Assembly (NCBI RefSeq): GCF_009914755.1
Contig: NC_060942.1
DNA from: the human T2T-CHM13v2.0 reference genome, Homo sapiens
DNA: 64,000 bases
Strand: one strand, 5' to 3'
The notes under the pieces were generated by a model, which did no database searches, was not told the origin of the DNA, and worked only from the letters and a program-made list of their open reading frames with translations. A program made the position numbers and the translations under genes. Positions within the stretch are counted from its first letter, which is position 1. Each line of letters starts with the position of its first letter. This document shows positions 28,804 through 41,679 of this stretch, piece after piece.

Positions 28804-29596
28804 TTATAAAGCCCTGGGAGTTTACATAAAATCAACCGTAAAAAAAAATTGATGAAAATCTGGCAAATTACAACCAGATGAAATAAACTTAATTTTCTCA
28901 ACAAACTAAGAATAAAGATGAAAGAAAAATCAACAAAATTATATTTTTATTACATTGCTGTATAGAGTCATTTTAAACCTATGTCTGGATATAAATTACT
29001 GTGACTATAAAAATAACATGCTAATGCTATTACTTTTAGAGTCAAAGTCTTCACATTTCTTCTGATAGTAGCCTCAAACGTAGAAAAAGTAGAGAAAGTA
29101 TACAGAAAAGCTAAGTTGATAGGCACCTTGCCATGTACAAATTAAATTCCTACAAATTAACTATTGATGAAAGAAAGAGAGAGAGAAGAAGGGGGAGAGA
29201 GACAGAAAGAGAAAGAAAAGGAGAGAGATCCAATTATCTCTTTCATCATATGAATTTAATTCACACATGGCAAGGTGCCTATCAAATTATCTCTATTATG
29301 TATTTTCTCTGCTTTTTCTAGGTTTGAGGCTACTACCAGAAGAAATGTGAAGACTTTGACTCTAAAAGTAAGTAGTATATTATTTTTATGGGCCACAATG
29401 TGTTCATTTCATATCTAGTGATAGGTTTAAAATGACTCTATACAGCAATATCATAAAAATATAATTTTGTTGATTTTTCTTTCATCTTTATTCCTCGTTT
29501 GTTGAGTAAATTAAGTTTATTTCTTCTGGTCGTAATTTGTCAGCTTTAATCAATTTTCATCAGATTGGTTTTATGTAAACTCCAAGGGCTTTATAA
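28804..29596. repeat. Long inverted repeat: arms 28804-29174 and 29239-29596, 64-bp purine-rich spacer
   Basis: Manual alignment, roughly 85% identity by eye, with perfect blocks of 41, 29, 35 and 21 bp. Confidence 0.97.
29322..29367 (+). other. Candidate 46-nt internal exon of an unidentified + strand transcript
   Basis: Acceptor ttttctctgctttttctAG| and donor AAA|GTAAGT; no transcript evidence available. Confidence 0.45.
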
Positions 29597-30438
29597 CTCC
29601 AAGTTTATACTTCATATATCCAATTACCTAAATTTTAGGTGGTGTTTAGATAATTAGAATTATAATGAAATAATTAAAAAATATGTATTTGGAAGTAAAA
29701 TGTTCCTCTAAATGGAAGTCTAGGCTATATTTATTATGCCTTAAAATGTCTTGACATCACTGTAAATAATAGTGACTTAGTAATTAACTCCTCTGTGTGG
29801 TCCTCAGAGGAAAATAGAAATAAAGAGAAATATGCGATTTCTTTAGTGATTTGTAACCCAATAATTTACTGGAGTTTGGTAAGATTACAAATTAATATTG
29901 TGTCTCTATTTATTTGCAGACAGAGATTCTTGTTGAAACCAAGCAATTGTGGGGATGTTTAAATATCATGGCCAAGCTTGATGATATAGGCCAAGTTGGA
30001 TATTAAATGGAGGAGGCAGGCACTGTAGAGTCTATCTGGTAAAATCAGGTCACCTCGACAATGTACTTCTGCGATTAGAAATTCTTTCTTCTGATTGATA
30101 AGTCCTATTTGTTGACTCTCTTCTGCTGGACGTATTTCTGCATGCAAGACTGATAAGAAAAGGATTAGAATTTCAAATATAGGCTTCACCGGATTGCTTT
30201 TGTAAACAGTAGAAATATAAGACTTACCATCTCTAGAGTTTCTCAAATGTTTAAAACATTAAACAGTGCTCACTACTTGCTCCCCTAATATAGCAGTATA
30301 TTTGAATTCATAATTTTTACTTCCAATGGACTTTTAATTTATTGTTTGTTTTGATTTGTTTGTTTGACTGGTTATTTTTAAATACTTGACCATGTAATGG
30401 TATTATGTCTTCTTTTTACATTTGTCTTCTCTGGAGAT

Positions 30439-30466
30439 TCTCTCTCTCTCTCTCTCTCTCTCTCGT

Positions 30467-30511
<45 letters not shown>

Positions 30512-30514
30512 TCT
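30439..30514. repeat. Compound (TC)n(GT)n microsatellite
   Basis: Direct reading. Confidence 0.95.
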
Positions 30515-33500
30515 CCCTATTAACTTTGTAATATGTTAATTATCAATATCAATTAATCGTAAATACTATATATAGATTTTCATGTCATGTATTCATCAGT
30601 ATTAAAAAGCTATTCAATGAAATTAAATGAGAACATGAATAGACATACATGGCTCATGTAATTTCAGTTTTAATTAATTGCTAGGCTTTTCTTTAATTTC
30701 TAAGATTAAATTTTCTTCACTTTAAATACTCTGATTATTTGATTTGTATTTTTTCAAATTTCTACCAATTTGAGTAGCTTCATGAATGGCCAAAAGAAGA
30801 AACCTTTAATTGTTTCTCAATCATTTCTTTCAGTTCCATTTTTATAATGTCATATTAATGAAGTATCGTAGCATATCATTCATGTCAGGTGCAGAGTTTC
30901 ACTAAATTGGCCCAGTAATAAAGTTGGGACTAAATTTTTATTTTGTCCTGTAAATCTGAGAACAAGATTTAGTTTTAAAAAAAACCTGGAATATAATTGT
31001 GTTAGATACACATATGAGTGAATTTTACATTGTTTTAGTCCCAGTAAGACAATAGTAATTTATCATTAACTAATATGCACAAAGTATAGATAATTCTTCT
31101 TATCATTTATTATAATTGCCAGCTAAACTTTCATTATTCATTACAAGATACACATGAATCTAACCAATGGTAATAATCAGAATATCTCAATTCAGCTCAA
31201 CTTCTTATCTCTTTTGCTCACTGAATTGCTGAGCAGTAAACTAGCTTTCACTTTTAATTTAAAAATTATGGCAACTTTGAAATTTGATAAACATTTTCAG
31301 ATGCTGATTCACCAAAATTTAAAACAACAACAACAAAATTGTTTAGAAAAAAATTCCCCTTGACTTTTATTAGACTAGAAAGCTTTCTTGATTTTTCTGA
31401 CAAAGTTTTATTAAAAAAAAATCAGTAACCTTCAGCAGACATTCACCAGGACTTGACAAAGTTTTGATTGAGGAAAGATTGATTCTCTAAAGTTTGAGTG
31501 GTCAGACATGCACTGAATTTGCTGCGGTTCATTGCTATATCCCAGAAAGGATTTCTAGCCATTCTCGCCTAATGAGCTTATTAGTAAAAGGCTGAAAGGA
31601 TCACAGATTGTCTATCAAGGAAGATTGTCAGTCACAAGCTGTTAGCGACTCTGCTGTGATTTATCCACCATGAGTAAAGAACAGAATGGTGCTAAAATGC
31701 CACTTATTATGTCCCACAGCTTGTGCAGTAACACAAATAAAATATGTGGAGCAAAGGTTTAAAAGAAAAAATAAGTTCTGAAGAAGAAAATCAAAGGAAA
31801 TTAGAGAGAATAGTGCTTCACTACCTCCCATTTCCTTTAGTGGTAATTATAATGCAGAGGAAAAAAATCAAAGCACCTGCAGCAGTAATAGCAAAAGCCA
31901 AAATGAGGCTATTAAACTCCAGTTGGAAAAAAAAATACTTTTTTAAAAAATTTTAAACATGTCCGCTTGACTGCTGTTGGCAACAGGTAGAATGAACTTT
32001 TCTTCTTGGAGACAGATTTTTTTTTTCAAATAAAACAGCTATTTACAATTTTTCCCTATTTCCCAATTCCTTGTTAATACCTTAACTCAGCTTTCAACCC
32101 GAAATTTGGAAAGAAGGAAGCTGTATATCTTGTTGCAGTCAAATAAATATCTCTGAGCCAAATTAATTTGTTGATGAGTACCTCAGGATTGGTGAAAAAT
32201 TGGCAATGCTAACTTTCAGGTACTTGATAATTATTTTATATCATGATTTTATTCACATTTTGTATAAACTAATGGTCGTATAAACTAACATAAATCCATG
32301 TGCATACTTATTTTTCTTGAAAATTTATTAGGGAAAATATGTAAAACTGTATAAAGAGGATGGTGATCGAATTTAATTGCCAATGCTTATTTATTACATG
32401 GATATGTAGTTTTAGAAAGTTTTCAGTTTGTTTTGTTGTTTTTAAAAGGATTATAAAACACCTTTTAAATGAAATAACACCTTTATTTGCCTCTGCTCTC
32501 TACAGCTACCCCCATGAAATTGGTTGATCTCCCATCCTGGCACAATTTGGTGGGTATGAACTCTTCTATATCTAAGTCATGTTCATCATTCTTGGGGCAG
32601 AAGGAGTTGAAGTGACTGTCTTGTGATCCATTCACATCTTTTAACAGAGGATCCTCTCTGCGGGAGGAAAAGAATCAGGAAACAAGTCTGACTTCCTGAC
32701 CAACATGGTAAATGAACCTCCATGAAAATAAACTCGTCGTGTTTCTTAGCGTCCTTATCTATGCAATGTTCTTAATAAGATGTCTCTAGTCAAAAATTGC
32801 TTGTATTACTATAAATCCAGAATCTATCAATTTAAGAGCCATCGTTCTCCGGAAAACATCATATAAGCTGGTGTATGAAATGGAAATATTTCCTAGACTA
32901 AAGTGTTCTCTGGTATGTGGTGATAACCCATTTACCTCATTCTGAGACCTCATCTACCCTAGGTCAAGGAATAGATGTTTCATGCTGAAAGGAAGGACAT
33001 AGGAAGCTCTCCTCAATCCTCTGGACTTGCACTTGCTTTTCCTGAAGTATCGACAATTTATACTCTTAGAAATAATAAAGCTTGATCTTATCTCTGCGAG
33101 TCATATAAATCTGATTTACTTGACTTTGACTGGACAGATTTTTCTATGTTAAATTATTTCTAAAATGTTGCCTCTATTATGTTAATCATTGATTAAAAAA
33201 ACAAAAAGAAACACAAACAAACAACACAATTCCATAGTTCCAAACACCTACTGTAATGTTCCTGGAAGACAGTCTTTGCTCCATTATTCTCCTTCATCAA
33301 TCCTCAAGTCAGGTAAAATTCGTTAAGTCACAGTCAAGAAAAGCATCTCAAATAGTCTCATGTCTGTACTTTTGATGATATTCTACCACCAACCTCCAAG
33401 GTATGGCTGTAATCTACTTCTTTCTTGACAATTACAGTTTAAAAGTGCTCCCTGCGCTACTATAGATTCTTACCTAACTCCCTAACCACCAGCATACTTT

Positions 33501-33559
33501 GCCCACACATTCTCATATCCTAAATATATCAATTTGCTTCATATTTAAAATGCAAAACA

Positions 33560-34310
33560 AGAAATATTAAAAGAATGAAGCTAAGTTTAGGAAGTTTGGG
33601 TAAAAACTCTTACTTATAGATAGAAAGTACTTAAACTTGATTGTATAAAAATTAAAAACTTCTGTTGAAAAAACAAATAAGATCCCAAGAATAAAAAATT
33701 AAAAAAAAGTGAGATTTATAATACATAAAAAGTTAACGTTGCCATTCTGTGAAAATCTTTTTCAAATCCATAAGGTAAATAAGAAAGGGATGTAAATGGC
33801 CAAAGCACAGGGGGAAATTATCTACATGAGAAATAAATGTGAAAAAAGAATTAATCTTGCCCAGACATTACTACCATTAATTATCGGCTTTCTTCAAAAG
33901 ATTTGGACAGCCATAGTTTGAATATGCAACTCAACTATATTCTATATTATGAAATGAATATTTCTCAATTCATCATATATGACTCAATCCATATTAGGAA
34001 ATGCACATTTTCACACACTGTTCCTGGATATGTAAGTAATAAAATCTTTTAAAATTTAACTGGTCAAAATTGTAAACGTACATCTCTTCTATCAATTGAT
34101 TTTTAAAACACTACTCCTAGGACACATAAACTTCCCAAACATAAGACTTATACATTGCAATGTTTCTTGCAATATTTTTTACAATAATACAAAATTAGAA
34201 ATGTCTTAAATATAAAGCAAGTAGGCACAATTAAGTGCAAGTATAACTAAATGCATCTTTCAATCACTCCAAAAGCTGGACCCTAATGCAGCTCTTAAAT
34301 GTATGACACA
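33560..34310 (+). mobile_element. Very old L1ME 3' fragments
   Basis: aaaattaaaaacttctgttgaaa; cacactgttcctggatatgtaag; cattgcaatgtttcttgcaatatttttt. Confidence 0.5.
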
Positions 34311-36338
34311 TATGTAAGTATTCATGTGAAAACACACCAGAATACTCTGTTCATATAGAAACCACATATCAGTATGTATAGTATGAACATTTGTATATTT
34401 GTGGTATAATTCCAGAAATTGCACACGTACACACACACAGACACAGGACAGGCTTGAATATACACAGTCTTGAAAACACAAACTTGAAAACACACATCAG
34501 TATTTCCAGTAGCTTTCTGAGACATGTGTATTTACTGGGACTTTTACTAACTATAAATTCTTTTAGTTTCTAATATTTCTAGACAGACAATATGTTCTGT
34601 TTTTTGTAACAGAAATAAAATGAATGTCATTGTTACATATTTTTTTGGTCCTTGTTAGTTCAGCAAACTTCTCGTTTCCTCCTCCTGCTATGCTGTGAGA
34701 TGCATATGATGTCTATGGAAGAGCGGGAATAAAATGGTTAAATTACACCAACCCCACTCACCTCTGCTCTTTCCACTGACAGTGAACGAAACCATAGTAA
34801 CCCTATAAGAAGGCATCTGTGAAGAAAGCTTTCCTGTAAATACACCCAGTAAGTTAAGAATCTGTGTTACAAATGCAGAGACACAGAATTCTCTGAAATC
34901 ACTAAAAAGAAACCTGACCAAAAATGAATGAATGAATGAATGAGCCAACAACAAACAAAGTGAAGGGAGCTGACAGTCCTAGTACCTTGCAGTTTGTGAC
35001 AACTTTATCGTGGGTCAGAGTAATAAAGATTGGATACACCAAGAAAATGAAAAAACAAAAAAAAAACAAAAGAAGAAAGGAGAGAAAAGGAGGGGAAAGA
35101 AGAAAGGATATAAGAAAATGAAAGAAGACAAATTGAGCTTAGACTGAAGCCATTATAATTAATTCTATTAGTCTCACTTCACCAAAAGCAGAATGAAAAT
35201 ATCATTGTTTTTTTAGGTAGGTATACCTGCACTGAGTGTGAAAAAAATAGTCTCATTTGTATATGTTTTAGTTACATTTGGTTGAACTATTTTCTCTATT
35301 ACTATTCCTGGCCTCCATAGGGAATAAAATGTGCTGAAAGAGGGAACCACGTTTAGCTAATGGACTTCACTTTTAATACCAGAGACTGACAGTGACCAGC
35401 GGCTCTGCAGAAATGATGTTCTTGAAGTTTCTAAAATAGAGAGAGTAGGTTGCATCTTTGTCATCCACCAGAGTCTTGACAGTTAATATACTGTCAAGAG
35501 TTTCCTCATAGCTCTCCAAAGAGATGCTATGACCCTTCTCAAAGTTGTTAAGCTACAACTAGTTCCACTGGAAACAAAAAAGCAAGAAGCAATTGCAAAG
35601 CAAATAAATAAAAATGAGTGTTCGATGATAAAAATAAAAGTTCATCGAGGCGATTAACAAGATGATTTCACTTGCTGTGGAAATAAATAATAATTAAATC
35701 ATTCTTTTAAAAAAGATAAATAAACCATACCCTTGTGAATTCTAAAGTGCTGATAATTTCTGGCAGTAAAACAAATACCTGGAATGTGGACTACAGTAGA
35801 TAGGTCAAACTCTTTGAAGCAATATTTATCTTTTCCCACTTCAAACTGTAAACTTTTCTGGAACATGTGTCATTAGTTGCATTTGGTTTTCTATTAGCTG
35901 TAAATATAGTTTATAATTTATTTGACTTATTGCTGTTGATTTTAAAGAACCCTAACATGTTTTACCTTCTTTATAGTTAAAATGCAGAAGTTCAGTAACT
36001 TATTAAATTAGATTTCTTGGTTCCCAGCTTCCTTCTTGCATTTATTTCGAGATTTTTTTTTCTTTGTATACTGCATTGGTTTTCTCATCTATTTTTGTAC
36101 TTAGAAATTAGTTCCAATAGCTATTCTTCTAAAATATACAAATGTTTTATTCATGACTTTTTAAAATACTGCAAACTAAAAATTACAGTTGATTATTTAA
36201 AATTTTTCTCACTAACAAATTGCATCACACACACACACACACACGTATCTTGGCACATATTCTTTTCAAATTTCACTGGAAATAAAATTATCAAAATATT
36301 TTACCTATTAATAAAATCGCCCAGCATTGATTACTAAT

Positions 36339-37726
36339 TGCTATGGACTGAATTGTGCCCTAACCTAGTCCACTCTGCCAGATTCATATGTTGACATCCT
36401 AACCCAAAATGTGTGACTGTATTTGAAGATTAGGGCCTTAAGGAAGATAACAAATATTAAATGAGGTCATAAGGGTGAGTCCCTGATCCTATAGGGCTGG
36501 GGTCCTTGTAGGAAGAGGAACTGACTCTAGAGATCTCCCTCTGTCCAGGAGAGTGGAGAGGTAAGACCATATGATGGCACTGTGAGAAGGTGGCCATCCA
36601 CACCCCTAAGAGAGAGGTCTCACTGGAAAACAAACCTTGAGAAAATAAATGTATGTTTTTGTTTGTTTGTTTGTTTGTTAATACTTTAAGTTCTAGGGTA
36701 CATGTGCACAACGTGCAGGTTTGTTACATATGTATATATATGCCATGTTGGTGTGCTGCACCCATCAGCTCATCATTTCCATTAGGTGTATCTCCTAATG
36801 CTATCCCTCCCCGCTCCATTCACCCCACGACAGGCCCCAGTGTGTGATGTTCCCCACCCTGTGTCCAAGTGTTCTCATTGTTCAGTTCCCACACATGAGT
36901 GAGAACATGCGGTATTTGGTTTTCTGTCCTTGTGATAGTTTGCTCAGAAAGATGGTTTCGAGCTTCATCCATGTCCCTACAAAGACATGAACTCATCCTT
37001 TTTTATGGCTGCATAGTATTCCATGGTGTATATGTGCCACATTTTCTTAATCCAGTCTATCATTAATGGACATTTGGGTTAGTTCCAAGTCTTTGCTATT
37101 GTGAATAGTGCTTCAATAAACATATGTGTGCATGTGTCTTTATAGCAGCATGATTTAAAATTCTTTGGGTATATACCCAGTAACAGGATGGCTGGGTTAA
37201 ATGGTATTTCTAGTTTTAGATCCTTGAGGAATTGCCACACTGTCTTCCACAATGGTTGAACTAGCGAGCTTCTGCACAGCAAAATAAACTACCATCAAAG
37301 TGAATAGGCAACCTACAGAATGGGAGAAAATTTTTACAATCTACCCATCTGACAAAAGGCTAATATGCAGAATCTACAAAGAAGTTAAACAAATTTACAA
37401 GAAAAAAATCAAACAACTCCATCAAAAAGTAGGTGAAGGATATGAACAGACACTTCTCAAAAGAAGACATTTATGCAGCCAACAGACACATGAAAAAATG
37501 CTCATCATCACTGGCCATCAGAGAAACGCAAATCAAAACCACAATGAGATACCATTTCACACCAGTTAGAATGGCGATCATTAAAAAGTCAGGAAACAAC
37601 AGGTGCTGGAGAGGATGTGGAGAAATAGGAACACTTTTACACTGTTGGTGGGACTGTAAATGTATTTTTATTTTTAAGGCATTCTCGTCTGTGATATTTC
37701 CTTATGGCAGCCCTAGTAGACTATAA
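36339..37726 (+). mobile_element. MLT1A-like LTR split by an L1PA insertion (parts 36339-36654 and 37657-37726)
   Basis: tgctatggactgaattgtgccc...ttaaatgaggtcataagggtg; resumes ...ttatggcagccctagtagacta. Confidence 0.88.
36655..37660 (-). mobile_element. L1PA (PA4-6-like) with 5' inversion
   Basis: 36655-37264 antisense 3' end; 37266-37660 sense ORF2 piece; TSD TAAATGTAT at 36646-36654 and 37657-37665. Confidence 0.95.
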
Positions 37727-39351
37727 TGTTTCAAAATTCCCTTCAGTGACTTAATAACATACTTTCTCTTATATACTGGAGTTTTGCTATCTGGAAACTA
37801 AAGATAAAGCAGAGTTAGTCTTAAACCATGTGTTTCAAAAATGTGAAGGAAAAAAATGTGATGGTGTAGTATTTACAGGTTCTCTGTGTCTCAATCGATT
37901 CCCTTTATGCAGTAAAAGGGAAATGATATGTAGATGGAAGAACTGCATTGAACTTAGTTCAAATGCAGAACTAAGACTGAGTTAGCACTTTATTTTTATA
38001 AGTATCATATATGTCATGTGTCACAAAATACAAGATGTATTTTTAATGTTCACAGTTGGAAATTGCGTACAACATACAAAAGATAAATTTGAGAGCAATT
38101 TTTTAAATGTTCAGGTCTTAGGTGAAAGAGTCACAGGCCTAATACAACATTTACTATAGTAATTAATTTTAGATCTCTAAAATGAAAGCACAAAAGAGTT
38201 ATCTTTGTGGCTTGCCAATCTTTCCACAGCTTCTAGAATAGTGCCTACCGTACAAAGAGTGTTCAATAAATATGTATCACATTAATTAATTTAGAAATTT
38301 AGTGACTTATGTGATCACACTGATATAAGATAAAAATCAATTTGAAATATTGCATTTTCCCATTTATGTTTTAAAAAATTACATATAAGCATCTTCAACA
38401 TAATTGTTTTTTAAAAATTACTAAGCCTACATTTTAAGTCATCTTACCAAGTTTTCCATATTGGCTTTACTTGCATTTAAATTGTTTGAGATACGTTTTT
38501 GAAGATGGCTATTTTCCTGTTCCTGGAAATGTTTTCTCAAATCACTAGTATCCAATTGCACAAAGTCAAGATGAATTAGTTTCTCTCTCCTAAGCATTTT
38601 GTAGATGGGGGCATGTGTGATCACAACACTGATAACTGCATAACGCATTGCATTTTAAGTGACTGTTAACAAGGCTTCTTCACAGTGACATTCAACAGTC
38701 GCTATTGTGCAGCCACATCCCAAGAATAAATATTTAAAGTCTTCAAACTGTGTTTGCTGCCTGTTTAATACATTTTACAGTTGACTCTGAACATATCAAA
38801 AACTTTATTTTTAAAAAAACAAGCATTGAATAACATTGCTTCATACTAATGTAGATTTTCCAAAATATGCTTATCTTTCAAAATAAAGACTTTGAGAGAA
38901 ATTGATGATAATATGTACTTTTTAGAATTTGAATATGTATTTCCCACGAGGAATAATTTTGTGGGAAAATCAACTGACATGCATTTATAGTATCTATGTA
39001 TTGTAAAATATCAATACTTAATTCACATTAAATAATAACTTTTATTGATACTTTACATTAATACATATGTATCAATCTAGTTCTACTAATTTTTATTTTC
39101 CTTTTCCCTGAACTTTTTTCTATTTTCTCTCTACAGACTTTTCATTTCTTTTTTACCTGTCTCATATTTTTATCTCCATTCTGCTCAACTTTGTTTTCTA
39201 CATCTAAGTGCACATTATGTATTTATGTTTCTATTTATGAATAGAAACATACGGGATTTACTGTGCTGATCCTCCAATGTCATAGAACATCAATATCTGA
39301 TTAATTTTAATAAATAATGAGAATTTTTCTTTAACTGGAAGTTAATCAGAG

Positions 39352-39860
39352 CGTAGCAAAGACCACTAATTACTCCCAGTACCCATTCTCCTCTTTACCT
39401 TTAACAATCAACGGGTTTTCAGTCATGGTGATATGGCTTCCCAGTGACAAACCACATTCCCCTCTGTCTTATCTAGACGAGTGCAGTTCATATGACTAAG
39501 TTTAGACTACGATGTGTGTGGAAGTGATAATTGCAACTTCTGGAACTTCTTTGTGATGTGCCCCTTAATCACAGATTTCCTGTCTCTCCTTTCCACAGTC
39601 TAGAATTCGGGTGGAGTGGTGAGGCCGCTTAAATATATGACATTACATTTAATGACAGAGGCAAACCCTAGAGAATGATGAAGCAGAGACGTAGAATAAA
39701 GACATGGTCTCTAAATAACCACAGAGAGCAAAGTTGCTCTGCCACCCTACAGTACCCCGACTGCATGTCTTTTGTCTGTGGAGTTAACAGGAAGTATAAT
39801 TATGTCTCCTTCGGGCACTTATTTCTGCAGCTTGGTTGGTATCATATACTACATACTGAA
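39352..39860 (+). mobile_element. MaLR LTR (MLT1I/J-like)
   Basis: tacccattctcctcttt...catatgactaagtttag...ggaagtgataattgcaacttctgg. Confidence 0.7.
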
Positions 39861-39914
39861 ACCAACAAAGAAATGTATATTTTATTTGAAAAATTCCAGG
39901 AAACTGATAGGTGT

Positions 39915-40100
39915 CATTATGAGCATAGATTTTGAAGTTAGACAATTATTGGTTTCTAGTCTACTTTCGCTTTCACTGTGCATTTGTTCTTGAGTCAATT
40001 ATTTAACTATTAATAGCTGTGTTTTATCTTCTCTAAAGTGTAGATTAAAAAATACCAGTTGAAGAACTCATGTTTATCTTAACATAGATAAAGGTGGCTA
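39915..40100 (+). mobile_element. MIR
   Basis: gagcatagattttgaagttagaca...cttgagtcaattatttaac...gttttatcttctctaaagtg. Confidence 0.65.
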
Positions 40101-40149
40101 CATATAGAAATATTTATAGATATGTGTGTGTATATGTATATGGATTATT

Positions 40150-40372
40150 ATAGACACGTCTACTTATTTACTCTGTCAGCTGATAAGACCTAAAAGAAAT
40201 GGCATCCCAGCAGCAATGAAAAAATCTAATACCTAGATTTTGATTTTTAATCTCATTCTTCAGTAGAAGGAGTCAGGGCTCTGTGGAGTGACGTCTGATT
40301 CTAGGACTTGGGGATAAAGTATGCAAGATGGACCTGCAGCATACTGTAGTGCCAGAAAGTAAGGAAGTGCTA

Positions 40373-40403
<31 letters not shown>

Positions 40404-41275
40404 AAGAAAGCTTTCACTTATGGAGGTATGTCAAAGGGGCACAGGCGTTAACTAAAAGATGTCCCGATGCTCAACCTTAGGATAATTTGAACATAATAGA
40501 TAAAGTGGTATGAGATTATAACATAAATTATGAATTATCCATGAGGGCATACAGATATATGGATACACTTAAATAGAAGACAAAGGACAAATCTCTTAGG
40601 CAAAAAAAATTCAAATAATACATTTCATGGATAGGCTCTCCTAAAGAAGGGTTAGTGTAACTCCCTTTCCTTAAGTGTGGGCTATGTATAGTGACTTCTT
40701 TCCAATGGGTAAAGCATGAAAAAGGATTAAGAAAGATGTCACTTTACAGTAGAAAAACGTGACAGCACTACTTCAGACAATGGACCAAGCTCAATATCAA
40801 AAGGCATAAATCATGTTGATAATATGTATCCTTGATATGACGTATTGAAAAGGCAATTTACTTTGATCATCTTTCAAAAGCCTATAATCTTTGTCTAATC
40901 ATGAGGAAAACACCAAAATAATTTCCACAGAACGGCATCCTACAATATACCTGACTGGTACTCATCAAAACTGTCAAGTCCCTAAAATTATCAGTCAAGA
41001 AGAGCTTAAGGAGACGTGACAAATAATGTGGTATCATGAATTTGATACTGTGACAGAAAAAGAAGACATAGGTACAAACTAAAGATATCTAAATAAACTA
41101 TAAATTTTAGTTCATAGTAATGTATCGATATTGACAAATCAATTATTACCAATGTTCCAGACTAATGAAAGATGTCAGTAATAGAGAAACTATGTGCAAA
41201 GAGAGGGGATAGGGTATCATCTGCTCAATTTTTCTCTAAAATCAAAAATTTTTCAAAAAATATATTAATAAAAAT
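40150..41275 (+). mobile_element. L1MC (MC3-like) 3'UTR
   Basis: catcccagcagcaatga...ctgattctaggacttggg...gtagtgccagaaagtaaggaagtgct...ctgctcaatttttctctaaa. Confidence 0.8.
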
Positions 41276-41367
41276 ACATAACAATATAGATAACGTATGT
41301 TTATAAAAATGAATGGACCATAGCTATAAGTAGCAAAGTATGTGAATTCAAGTAGCATATTATTAGG

Positions 41368-41679
41368 TTTTGGTTTTTATTTTATGTATTTATTTTTTGA
41401 GACAAAGTCTCACTCTTGTCACCCAGGCTGGCATCCGATGGCATGATCTCCGCTCGCTACAACCTCCGCCTCCTGGGTTCAGGTGATTCTCCTGCTTCAG
41501 CCTCCTGAGTAGCTGGGATTACAGCTGCCTGCCACCACACCCAACTAATTTTTATATTTTTAGTAGAGACGGGGTTTCACCACGTTGGCCAGGCTGGTCT
41601 TGAACTCCTGACCTCAGGCGATCGCCCACCTCAGCCTCCCCAAGTGTTGAGATTACAGTCGTAAGCCACCATGCTCAGC
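41368..41679 (-). mobile_element. AluS
   Basis: Antisense dimer. Confidence 0.96.

Noticed and set aside
37300-37726. L1 ORF2 C-terminal ORFs
   Set aside because: Fragments of a ~1-kb truncated, inverted L1 with no promoter.
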